64,000 nt of DNA from Gemmatimonadales bacterium (GTDB lineage Bacteria; Gemmatimonadota; Gemmatimonadetes; Gemmatimonadales; GWC2-71-9): positions 43,049 to 107,048 of the forward strand of contig DASWII010000035.1 of NCBI GenBank assembly GCA_036397755.1, in the 5' to 3' direction. Positions within the stretch are counted from its first letter, which is position 1; every line of letters begins with the position of its first letter. Position numbers and translations under genes: made by a program. Positions 19,389-27,660 of this stretch are shown in pieces. The notes beneath the pieces were generated by a model. The model was not told where the DNA came from. It saw only the letters and a program-made list of their open reading frames with translations, and did not search any database.

Positions 19389-20170
19389 GCTCACCCGCCG
19401 GCAGCGCACGGACGGCCCTCGTGACGGGCGGCGGTCGGGGAATCGGAGCGGCCATTGCCAGGCGGCTGACCGCCGAAGGCATCGCCGTGGTGGTGTCCGC
19501 CCGCACGGAAGCCGAGATCGAGGCGGTCGCTGCGGAACTGGTTGCCGGAGGCGCCGAGGCGGTCGCCATCGCGTGCGATGTCACGGACGCCGCCCAGGTG
19601 GTGGAGCTGGCCGAGCGTGCAATCGCACGGTTTGGAGCGGTGGACATTCTCATCAACAACGCGGGGGTTGCGGACTCCGCTCCGGTCCATCGCATCACGT
19701 TGGAGAACTGGAACCGGCTCTTGGCGATCAACGCCACGGGTCCATTCTTGCTGACGCAGGCCATTCTTCCCACCATGCTCGCGTCGGGTTGGGGTCGGGT
19801 CGTCAACATCGCCTCGGTCGCGGGACTCACGGGAGCGAAGTACATCGCCGCATATACCGCGTCGAAGCACGCCCTGATCGGTTTCACGCGGGCGCTGGCG
19901 GCGGAGGTAGCCGGCCGTGGCGTGACCGTCAACGCTGTGTGCCCTGGTTATGTCGACACGCCGATGACCGATCAGTCGGTCGCGCGGATCGTCGAGAAGA
20001 CCGGGAGGGAGTCGGAAGCCGTGCGACAGGCCATGCGTGATCGGTCGCCGCAGGGTCGTCTCATCGCACCGGACGAGGTGGCTCACGTCGTGGCCGGACT
20101 CTGCGACGAGCGCGCCGGGGGGATCAACGGCCAGGCGATCGTCATCGATGGCGGAGCAACGCACGCATGA
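19385..20170 (+). CDS. short-chain dehydrogenase/reductase (SDR)
   Basis: GTGA overlap with the upstream stop. TGGGRGIGAAIA cofactor motif and YTASKHAL catalytic motif. Confidence 0.85.
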   Translation: MSSPAGSARTALVTGGGRGIGAAIARRLTAEGIAVVVSARTEAEIEAVAAELVAGGAEAVAIACDVTDAAQVVELAERAIARFGAVDILINNAGVADSAPVHRITLENWNRLLAINATGPFLLTQAILPTMLASGWGRVVNIASVAGLTGAKYIAAYTASKHALIGFTRALAAEVAGRGVTVNAVCPGYVDTPMTDQSVARIVEKTGRESEAVRQAMRDRSPQGRLIAPDEVAHVVAGLCDERAGGINGQAIVIDGGATHA

Positions 20171-20586
20171 CCTTCGAGATCATCAATCCGGAGGCGTTGG
20201 GAGCGCCGCGGGGGTGGAACAACGGCATGCTGGGGCCCACGGGCGGGCGGATCCTCCTTGTGGCCGGCCAGTCGGCGGCTGGGTCCGACGGTTCCATGCC
20301 GCACGGCATGGCCGCCCAGTGGGAGCGAGCCCTCGAGAAGATCGTGTCGGTCGTCCGCGCCGCCGGTGGCGCGCCGACCGATATTGGCCGGCTCACGATT
20401 TACGTCACGGACGTCGAGGCGTATCGTACCGGATTGCGGGATATCGGCGCGGCCTATCGTCGCGTCATGGGCACACACTTCCCGGCGATGGCCCTGCTAC
20501 ATGTGCGAGGACTGCTCGAGCCGGGAGCACTCGTGGAAATCGAAGCGACCGCCTGGATAACCGCCGACGCGGCGACGGAGTCTTGA
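20167..20586 (+). CDS. RidA/YjgF family reactive-intermediate (enamine/imine) deaminase-like protein
   Basis: 139 aa with ATGA overlap. The C-terminal ...LVEIEATA pattern is typical of RidA. Confidence 0.75.
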   Translation: MTFEIINPEALGAPRGWNNGMLGPTGGRILLVAGQSAAGSDGSMPHGMAAQWERALEKIVSVVRAAGGAPTDIGRLTIYVTDVEAYRTGLRDIGAAYRRVMGTHFPAMALLHVRGLLEPGALVEIEATAWITADAATES

Positions 20587-20588
20587 GC

Positions 20589-21389
20589 ATGGCCATCTCA
20601 CCAACCACGTTCCTCTACGATCTCGACGCCACCACCTCGGTCGCGACGATCACGCTCAACCGACCGGAGCGCCTGAACGCGCTCACCTTCGACGTTTATG
20701 CAGAGCTGCGCGATACGATGAAAGCGCTAGACACCGAACCCGGTGTGCGCGCCATTGTGATGACCGGCGCGGGTCGCGGATTCTGCTCCGGCGGCGACGT
20801 CGAGCACATCATCGGCGAGCTGTTCGCGCGCGATCATGTCGGCCTGCGCGAGTTCACCAGAATGACGTGCGATCTGATTTACAACATGCGCGCCTGCCGG
20901 CGTCCGATCGTCGGCGCCCTCAACGGCACGGTGGCCGGCGCCGGGGCCGTGATCGCGACCGCGTGCGACGTGCGCATCGCCGCCGAGTTCGCCAAGATCG
21001 CGTACCTCTTCACCAAGGTGGGCCTCTCGGGCGCGGACATGGGCGCCGCGTGGATGCTGCCGCGTATCGTCGGGTTCGGGCGAGCCACCGAGTTATTGAT
21101 GTCCGGCGAGTTCATCTCCGCCGAAGAGGCGCATCGCATTGGGTTGTACAATCGAGTCGTTCCGCAGGATCGGGTGCTCGTAGAAGCGCGCGGTGTTGCC
21201 GAGCGTCTTGCGCGCGGTCCGTCGCACGCGCTGGGCGTCACGAAGGCAGCCTTGAATTGCGAAGCCACGTTGGATCTCGCCACCGCGCTCGAGCTCGAGG
21301 CCCATGCGCAAGCTGACTGCATGCTGAGCCCCAACTTCCGTGAAGCCTACGAAGCCTTTCGCTCGAAGCGCGACGCCGTGTTCGTGTAG
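20589..21389 (+). CDS. enoyl-CoA hydratase/isomerase (crotonase) family
   Basis: Start at ATG 20589 inside the longer track ORF. ITLNRPERLNAL, GAGRGFCSGGD, ALNGTVAGAGAVIA. Confidence 0.85.
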   Translation: MAISPTTFLYDLDATTSVATITLNRPERLNALTFDVYAELRDTMKALDTEPGVRAIVMTGAGRGFCSGGDVEHIIGELFARDHVGLREFTRMTCDLIYNMRACRRPIVGALNGTVAGAGAVIATACDVRIAAEFAKIAYLFTKVGLSGADMGAAWMLPRIVGFGRATELLMSGEFISAEEAHRIGLYNRVVPQDRVLVEARGVAERLARGPSHALGVTKAALNCEATLDLATALELEAHAQADCMLSPNFREAYEAFRSKRDAVFV

Positions 21390-21395
21390 CGCCCG

Positions 21396-22550
21396 ATGCT
21401 CGACGTCCATCCCGTGCGCGCGTTCCTCACCAAGCGGCACATCGCCTTTGCCGCCGCGGCCGATCGGTTTGCGACGACCGACATCGCGGCGCTCCCGGGG
21501 GTCGGTGAGGATGAGGCGGCGAGGGTTCAGGCGCGCCAGGTCCTGAAGCTCCTCGGGGGTGCATGGCTACAGCCGATACGCGACCAAGATCTCCGCGCAT
21601 GCTGTCTGATGCGCGAGGCCCTGGCCGCGGCGTCTCCGTTGGCCGACGCCGTCTTCGCGCTCCAAGCGTTGGGAGCCACCCCGCTCGTCTTGGCGGGCAC
21701 CGACGAACAGCGTGCGCGATGGCTTGAACCGGCGCTGGCCGGCACCGCCCTCGCCGCCTTCGCAATGACCGAACCCGGCGCCGGCTCGGACGTCGCCTCG
21801 CTCAACACCCGCGCCGAGGAGAGTGGAGAGGGATTCGTACTGAACGGCGCCAAGAGCTTCATCTCCAACGCGGGCATCGCCGACTTCTATGTAGTGTTCG
21901 CGACGCTGGATCCGTCCCAGCGCCATCGCGGCATCGCGTGCTTTCTCGTTCCGGCCGACACCCCTGGCCTCCGTTTCGTCGGGCCCCAGGTGATGAGTGC
22001 TCCCCACCCGCTGGGGGACATCGCGTTCAACGACTGCCGGCTACCGCGCTCAGCGTTGCTCGCGCCGGCGGGGGAGGGTTTCAAGCTCGGACTTGCGACG
22101 TTGGACCGCCTGCGCGCGACGGTCGCCGCCGCCGCCTGCGGCATGGCCGCCCGCGCGCTCCGGGAAGCTCTCGATCACGCCAAGCGGCGTCACCAGTTCG
22201 GCAAGCCCCTGGGGGAGTTCCAGCTCGTGCAAGACAAAGTCGCGCGGATGGCGATCGATCTCACGGCGGCGCGTCTGCTGACGTACCGCGCGGCCTGGGA
22301 ACGCGACGAAGGCGCCGAGCGCGTCACGCTGGAATCGGCCATGGCCAAGGCCTTCGCCACGGAGGCGGCCCAGCGTGTCATCGATCACGCGGTCCAGATC
22401 TTGGGCGGAACCGGCGTGCTGGCCAGCCATCCGGTCGAGCGACTCTACCGGAGCATTCGGGCGCTCAGAATCTACGAGGGAACGACCGAGATCCAGCACC
22501 TGATAATCGCCGGCAAGCTCCTGGACGCCGTGAACGATCCGCACGCATGA
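21396..22550 (+). CDS. acyl-CoA dehydrogenase
   Basis: [11 protein letters not shown], the GxKxFISNAG region and the YEGTTEIQ C-terminal motif. Confidence 0.9.
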   Translation: MLDVHPVRAFLTKRHIAFAAAADRFATTDIAALPGVGEDEAARVQARQVLKLLGGAWLQPIRDQDLRACCLMREALAAASPLADAVFALQALGATPLVLAGTDEQRARWLEPALAGTALAAFAMTEPGAGSDVASLNTRAEESGEGFVLNGAKSFISNAGIADFYVVFATLDPSQRHRGIACFLVPADTPGLRFVGPQVMSAPHPLGDIAFNDCRLPRSALLAPAGEGFKLGLATLDRLRATVAAAACGMAARALREALDHAKRRHQFGKPLGEFQLVQDKVARMAIDLTAARLLTYRAAWERDEGAERVTLESAMAKAFATEAAQRVIDHAVQILGGTGVLASHPVERLYRSIRALRIYEGTTEIQHLIIAGKLLDAVNDPHA

Positions 22551-24802
22551 GGATCGTCGCGGTCGGCGGCGGACCAGCCGCACTTTATCTGGCCATCCTG
22601 CTCAAGCGCGATGACCCACGACACGACATCGTGGTGTACGAGCGCAATCGCCTGGACGATACGTTCGGGTTCGGGGTGGTATTCTCCGATGCTACTGCAC
22701 ACAACCTCGCCGAGGCGGAGCCCGAAGTTCATGCGGCCATCTCCCGGCAGTTCTTCCGCTGGGATGACATCCACATTCACTTCCGCGATCAGATCCTGAC
22801 GTCCACCGGACATGGATTCAGCGGGCTGGCGCGTACAACGCTCCTGGATGTGCTCGCCGCGCGCGCCCGCGAACTTGGCGTCGACCTCCGGTTTCAGGCG
22901 GAGATCACGGACGTCGACTCGTTGCGAGACTGTGACCTGCTGGTCGCCGCGGACGGCGCGAGCAGTACCGTACGCGAGCGGTACGCCGACCACTTCCAGC
23001 CGACGATCGACTGGCGTCTCAATCGCTTCGTGTGGCTGGGCACGACCAAGCCGTTTCCGGCTTTCACGTTCTACTTCAAGGAAACGCCGCATGGACTCTG
23101 GCGAGTCCACGCCTATCAATACGCCCCGGGTCATTCCACGTTCATCGTGGAGGGAACGGAACGCACGTGGTGCGCGTCGGGAATGGCGGAGGCGTCGGAG
23201 TCCGACGCCTTGGCGTATTGCGAGGATCTCTTCGGTCCGGAGCTAAACGGTCACCGGTTGCTGACCAACAAGTCCGTCTGGCGGCGTTTTCCCACGATCC
23301 GGAACGCGCGCTGGTGGCACGAAAACATGGTGCTCATCGGTGACGCCGCCCACACGGCACACTTCTCGATCGGCTCGGGCACCAAGCTCGCGATGGAGGA
23401 CGGTGTGGCGCTCGCGGCCGCCTTGCGCGCCCACCCCGGAGATGTGCGGGCGGCGCTCATGGCATATGAAGAGGAGCGACGGCCCGCCGTGGCGAGCGCC
23501 CAACGGGCCGCGCAGGTGAGTCTGCAGTGGTTCGAGGACACCGAACGCTACATGGATCTGGAGCCGATTCAGTTCGGCTTCAACCTCCTCACTCGCAGCC
23601 TGCGCGTCACGCACGAAAACCTGCGGGAGCGCGATCCCGCCTACGTGCGTGAGATCGACCGATGGTTCGCCGACAGTGCCGGGCGTCACGCCGGACCCTC
23701 GGCGCCCTCGACGCCGGTGCGGCCGCCCATGTTCACGCCGTTCGCGCTGCGCGACATGGTGCTCGAGAATCGCGTGGTCGTTTCTCCGATGTGCCAGTAC
23801 TCCGCCGAAGACGGCACGCCAAACGAATGGCACCTCGTGCATCTGGGTGCGCGCGCCATTGGCGGCGCCGGGCTCGTGTTCGCCGAAATGACCGATGTGA
23901 GCCCCGAGGCACGCATTTCTCCTTGGTGCACGGGGATGTACAAGCCAGAGCACGTGGAGGCCTGGCGGCGCATCGTGGACTTCGTCCATGAGAACTCCTA
24001 TGCCAAGATCGCCCTCCAGCTGGGGCACGCGGGCCGGAAAGCGGCAACCAAGCGCATGTGGGAGGGTGACGTGCAGCCGTTGGAGCACGGCGGCTGGCCA
24101 ATCGTCTCCGCGTCACCCATCCCCTATTTCGATCACAGTCCGGTCCCTCGGGAGATGACCCGCGAGGATATGCTCGGGGTCGTGCGGGAGTTCGAACGCG
24201 CGACCACTATGGCGAACGACGCGGGGTTTGACATGCTCGAGGTGCACTTCGCTCACGGGTACCTGCTCGCGAGCTTCGTGTCGCCCCTGACCAATCTGCG
24301 TGACGACGATTACGGTGGCACGTTGGACAATCGACTCCGGTTTCCGCTGGAGGTGTTCGACGCCGTACGCGCCAAGTGGCCCCGACACAAACCCATGTCC
24401 GTCCGCATCTCCGCGGTCGACTGGGCGCCGGGCGGGATGGAGGCGGGGGATGCCGTGGAGGTAGCCAGACGGCTTAAGGACCACGACTGTGACATCGTGG
24501 ACGTTTCAGCGGGCCAGACCGTTCCCCATCAGCAACCGGTGTATGGGCGGCTCTTCCAGACGCCTTTTGCCGATCGCATACGACGGGAAATCGGACTCGC
24601 AACCATGGCCGTCGGAAACATCTCGTCGTTCACGGACGTGAACACCATCCTCGCCGCCGGAAGAGCGGACCTGTGCATGCTCGCCCGAGCGCACCTGTGG
24701 GATCCGTATTGGACTCGCCACGCGGCGTACGAACTCGGCGTCGACCTGCCCTGGCCGGAGCAGTACGCAACGCTCAACAGCTACACCCCGCGATTCAAGT
24801 GA
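22547..24802 (+). CDS. fused FAD monooxygenase + Old-Yellow-Enzyme-like NADH:flavin reductase (2-aminobenzoyl-CoA monooxygenase/reductase-like; the salicylyl-CoA 5-hydroxylase family shares this architecture)
   Basis: ATGA overlap with the ACAD stop. N-terminus [18 protein letters not shown] (GxGxxG). C-terminal half shows [12 protein letters not shown]...QLGHAGRKA...HFAHGYLL, the OYE signature. 751 aa. Confidence 0.8.
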   Translation: MRIVAVGGGPAALYLAILLKRDDPRHDIVVYERNRLDDTFGFGVVFSDATAHNLAEAEPEVHAAISRQFFRWDDIHIHFRDQILTSTGHGFSGLARTTLLDVLAARARELGVDLRFQAEITDVDSLRDCDLLVAADGASSTVRERYADHFQPTIDWRLNRFVWLGTTKPFPAFTFYFKETPHGLWRVHAYQYAPGHSTFIVEGTERTWCASGMAEASESDALAYCEDLFGPELNGHRLLTNKSVWRRFPTIRNARWWHENMVLIGDAAHTAHFSIGSGTKLAMEDGVALAAALRAHPGDVRAALMAYEEERRPAVASAQRAAQVSLQWFEDTERYMDLEPIQFGFNLLTRSLRVTHENLRERDPAYVREIDRWFADSAGRHAGPSAPSTPVRPPMFTPFALRDMVLENRVVVSPMCQYSAEDGTPNEWHLVHLGARAIGGAGLVFAEMTDVSPEARISPWCTGMYKPEHVEAWRRIVDFVHENSYAKIALQLGHAGRKAATKRMWEGDVQPLEHGGWPIVSASPIPYFDHSPVPREMTREDMLGVVREFERATTMANDAGFDMLEVHFAHGYLLASFVSPLTNLRDDDYGGTLDNRLRFPLEVFDAVRAKWPRHKPMSVRISAVDWAPGGMEAGDAVEVARRLKDHDCDIVDVSAGQTVPHQQPVYGRLFQTPFADRIRREIGLATMAVGNISSFTDVNTILAAGRADLCMLARAHLWDPYWTRHAAYELGVDLPWPEQYATLNSYTPRFK

Positions 24803-24873
24803 GCGGGCAACGCTCTGTGGGACCTCACGTCCACCATCTCACGTCCTCTAACGGCTAACGCGAACGCCCACTC

Positions 24874-25644
24874 ATGCCCACCTACTCCGAATACCTGAAG
24901 GTCGACGCGCTCCTGTCCCTACAGGAACCCTTGTCCGATGGGCCAGAGCATGACGAAACGCTGTTCATCGTCATTCACCAGGTGTACGAGCTGTGGTTCA
25001 AGGAAGTCCTACACGAGCTCGACTATCTCAAGCGTCTGCTTCACGCCAACGATCGTCCGCGGGCGGTCCACACGCTCAAACGCGTCCTCACGATTCTGAA
25101 GACACTCGTCGCGCAGATCGACGTGCTGGAGACCATGACACCGCTGGAGTTCCTCTCGTTCCGCGATCGCCTGGAATCCGGCAGTGGATTTCAGTCCTAC
25201 CAGTTCCGTGAGTTGGAGTTTGTACTCGGCGCGAAGCACCGCTGGGCGCTCGATCATTTTCCGGAGGGCTCGACGGCTCGGGCAAACCTACATCGGCGGT
25301 TCCAGGAACCGACGCTGTGGGACGCGCTGCTGGACCACCTCCGCCTGAGCGGCTATGCGGTCCATCGACGTGCCGATGTGACGACACCGATCGAACCCGA
25401 CGCCGCGAACAAGCAGGCACTCATCCAGGCGTACCGCACCGATCCCGGCGCTGGAGAGCTGTGCGAGCGGTTCGTGGATCTGGACGAAGGCGTGCAGGAA
25501 TGGCGTTATCGTCACGTCAAGATGGTGCAGCGCACGATTGGCACCAAACGGGGGACCGGCGGTTCCACCGGCGCCGAGTATCTCGTCACAACGCTGCTCA
25601 AACCCGTGTTCCCGGATCTGTGGGACATCCGCACCGAACTCTGA
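24874..25644 (+). CDS. kynA: tryptophan 2,3-dioxygenase
   Basis: YSEYLKVDALLSLQEP..DE.LFIVIHQVYELWFK, plus the C-terminal GTGGSTGAEYL motif typical of bacterial TDO. Confidence 0.85.
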   Translation: MPTYSEYLKVDALLSLQEPLSDGPEHDETLFIVIHQVYELWFKEVLHELDYLKRLLHANDRPRAVHTLKRVLTILKTLVAQIDVLETMTPLEFLSFRDRLESGSGFQSYQFRELEFVLGAKHRWALDHFPEGSTARANLHRRFQEPTLWDALLDHLRLSGYAVHRRADVTTPIEPDAANKQALIQAYRTDPGAGELCERFVDLDEGVQEWRYRHVKMVQRTIGTKRGTGGSTGAEYLVTTLLKPVFPDLWDIRTEL

Positions 25645-26843
25645 TGCCCCGCCCCTCGCTATCGTCGTTGCGCGCATCCAAGAACGCCCTCGCGCCACAC
25701 TACTCGCGGTTTCGTGTGGCGGAACGGCTCCTGCTGACCGGGCACTCCCACCAAGCGTGGCCCGATGTCGGGTTCGAGGCGCAGCAGGCAGCGTGGACCG
25801 ATGCGGCGGAGTTGGTCGACGACAAGTGGCAGCGCGCGTTCGCCAAGGCCGACCGCGTCCGCGAGGCCCTCGCCGCGCTACTCGGCGACACGACCGGCAC
25901 CATCGCCCTGGGCAGCAATACCCACGACCTTCTGGTACGGCTCCTGTCGGCGTTGCCCTTGCGGCAAAGGGCTCGCATCGTGACGACCGACGGAGAGTTT
26001 CACACCGTGCGGCGGCAGCTGGACCGGCTGGCGGAGGAAGGCATCGAGATCACGCGCATCTCGCACGAGCCCGCCGCTGCCGTGGCTGAGCGGCTGGCCG
26101 CCGCCGTGAACGACCGTACGACGCTGGTCGTCGTTTCCAGTGTCTTCTACCTCAATGCCCACATCGCCCCCGACCTCGACGTGGTGGCTCACGCGTGCAG
26201 TCGCGTGGGGGCCGCGCTGCTGGTCGATGCCTACCACACCCTCAATGCTGTCCCGTTCTCGCTCGCCGACCAGGCACTGGAGCAGGCGTTTGTGGTCGGG
26301 GGTGGCTACAAGTACTGCCAACTGGGTGAGGGCAACTGCTTCCTACGACTTCCTCCCGATTGCACCCTGCGACCCGTGATCACCGGTTGGTTCAGCGAGT
26401 TCGCCGATCTGGCGGAGGGGCAGCGTTCCGACGAGGTGGCATACGGCGCGGGGCCGGCGCGCTTTGCCGGGGCCACGTACGATCCAACGAGTCACTACCG
26501 AGCCGCGGCGGTGCTGGACTTCTTCGGCGAGCACGATCTCACACCGGCGTTTCTGCGTGAGGTGTCGCAACATCAGGTTGGGACGCTGGCCGCGGCGTTC
26601 GATGCGCTCGATCTTGACCCGGCGGTCGTCACGCGGGATCGGTCCGTTCCCCTGGAGCAATTGGGCGGGTTCCTTGCGCTCCGGGCTCCTAGGGCTGCGT
26701 GGCTCTCCGCCGGACTCAGGCAGCGCGGTGTGTGGACGGACTATCGCCGAGACGTGCTACGCTTTGGGCCTGCTCCGTACCTGTCGGACGCCCAACTCAC
26801 GGACGCGATGGATGCCTTGAGGGCCACGGTCAACGACAGCTGA
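25644..26843 (+). CDS. kynU: kynureninase-family class V PLP enzyme
   Basis: ATG 25644 overlaps the kynA stop. By eye it aligns to Pseudomonas KynU around GGGYKYCQLGEG (PLP-Lys region), ITGWFSEF and the C-terminal LRFGPAPYL. Confidence 0.65.
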   Translation: MPRPSLSSLRASKNALAPHYSRFRVAERLLLTGHSHQAWPDVGFEAQQAAWTDAAELVDDKWQRAFAKADRVREALAALLGDTTGTIALGSNTHDLLVRLLSALPLRQRARIVTTDGEFHTVRRQLDRLAEEGIEITRISHEPAAAVAERLAAAVNDRTTLVVVSSVFYLNAHIAPDLDVVAHACSRVGAALLVDAYHTLNAVPFSLADQALEQAFVVGGGYKYCQLGEGNCFLRLPPDCTLRPVITGWFSEFADLAEGQRSDEVAYGAGPARFAGATYDPTSHYRAAAVLDFFGEHDLTPAFLREVSQHQVGTLAAAFDALDLDPAVVTRDRSVPLEQLGGFLALRAPRAAWLSAGLRQRGVWTDYRRDVLRFGPAPYLSDAQLTDAMDALRATVNDS

Positions 26844-26846
26844 ACG

Positions 26847-26868
26847 TGGGCGTCTCACGCCTATCTTT
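26847..26868. terminator. compact hairpin between convergent genes (possible bidirectional terminator)
   Basis: UGGGCGU-CUC-ACGCCUA (7 bp including one G-U pair) followed by UCUUU on the + strand. It overlaps the DUF1080 stop codon. Confidence 0.3.
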
Positions 26869-27601
26869 CACCTAGCGGCCGGATCTTGATGTTGCGGTAG
26901 GCGACCCAGTCACCATGGTCCTGTAAGGCGATGTGCCCCCGTCTTGCGCGCCCATAGGTGGGCCACTCAACGAATTTGCTGTCCCTGACCAACTGCTCCC
27001 ACTCCGGACTCCACAACTCGTACTCGACCACCTTCACGCCGTTGAGCCAGTGCTCGACGTGCGCTCCTTGGACCACGATCCGCACGGCGTTCCACTCCCC
27101 GACCGGTTTCACCGCACCCGCAGGCGCGGCGTACAGTCCATAGTTCGACCCGGCCGCGGTCAGCCGTGACGTTCCATCCGCATGCGCGGCGTCGTCGAGC
27201 ACCTGCATTTCCGGACCGCTCTCAAACGTACGGTTCGCCTCCTCACTCACCCGATACATGATCCCTGAGTTGCCCCCGGGCGCGACCTTCCACTCGAGCA
27301 CGAGCTCGAAATCTGCGAACTCCTCGCCGGTGATGATGTCACCACCCCCACCGACCCGCGTGATTGCCCCGTCCATCACCTGCCAACCGGCCGGAACACC
27401 CTCACGGTGGAAGCCGCGCCACCCCTGCAGGGTGGCGCCATCGAACAGCAACTGCCAACCGACCTCGATCTCCGACGGCGTCAGGCTATTCATGGCCTCT
27501 TGGGCTTCGGCGCTCGGCGTGGCCGGCGCACATGCGGCAAGCTGCATGGCGCCGAGGAGCCCAGCGAGGTGGAGGATGCGGCGGCGTGTGTGGTTGGGCA
27601 T
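26861..27601 (-). CDS. DUF1080 (3-keto-disaccharide hydrolase-like) secreted protein
   Basis: WQLLFDGATLQGWRG..., GNSGIMYR, EMQVLDD, and the C-terminal HIALQDHGDWVAYRNIKIRPL signature. Carries a TAT/lipoprotein-like leader. Confidence 0.85.
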   Translation of the reverse strand: MPNHTRRRILHLAGLLGAMQLAACAPATPSAEAQEAMNSLTPSEIEVGWQLLFDGATLQGWRGFHREGVPAGWQVMDGAITRVGGGGDIITGEEFADFELVLEWKVAPGGNSGIMYRVSEEANRTFESGPEMQVLDDAAHADGTSRLTAAGSNYGLYAAPAGAVKPVGEWNAVRIVVQGAHVEHWLNGVKVVEYELWSPEWEQLVRDSKFVEWPTYGRARRGHIALQDHGDWVAYRNIKIRPLGER

Positions 27602-27660
27602 CTTTCGGCTCGCGGTTCGTCAAGAGTCAACAATACGCCACAACCCCGCGCCCCGGAAGC

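Noticed and set aside
21938-22546. N-terminal extensions of track ORFs upstream of the chosen starts: 21938 for the monooxygenase, 20037 for the crotonase, 25317 for the kynureninase, 27364 for GH38, 34029 for the hydrolase, 63031-63708 for the Big2/TolB protein, 41623..43365 for serA and 6881-7618 for the thioredoxin.
   Set aside because: The extensions overlap the preceding real gene in another frame and translate to low-complexity Arg/Pro-rich sequence. The internal starts coincide with SD sequences, ATGA/GTGA coupling or signal peptides.
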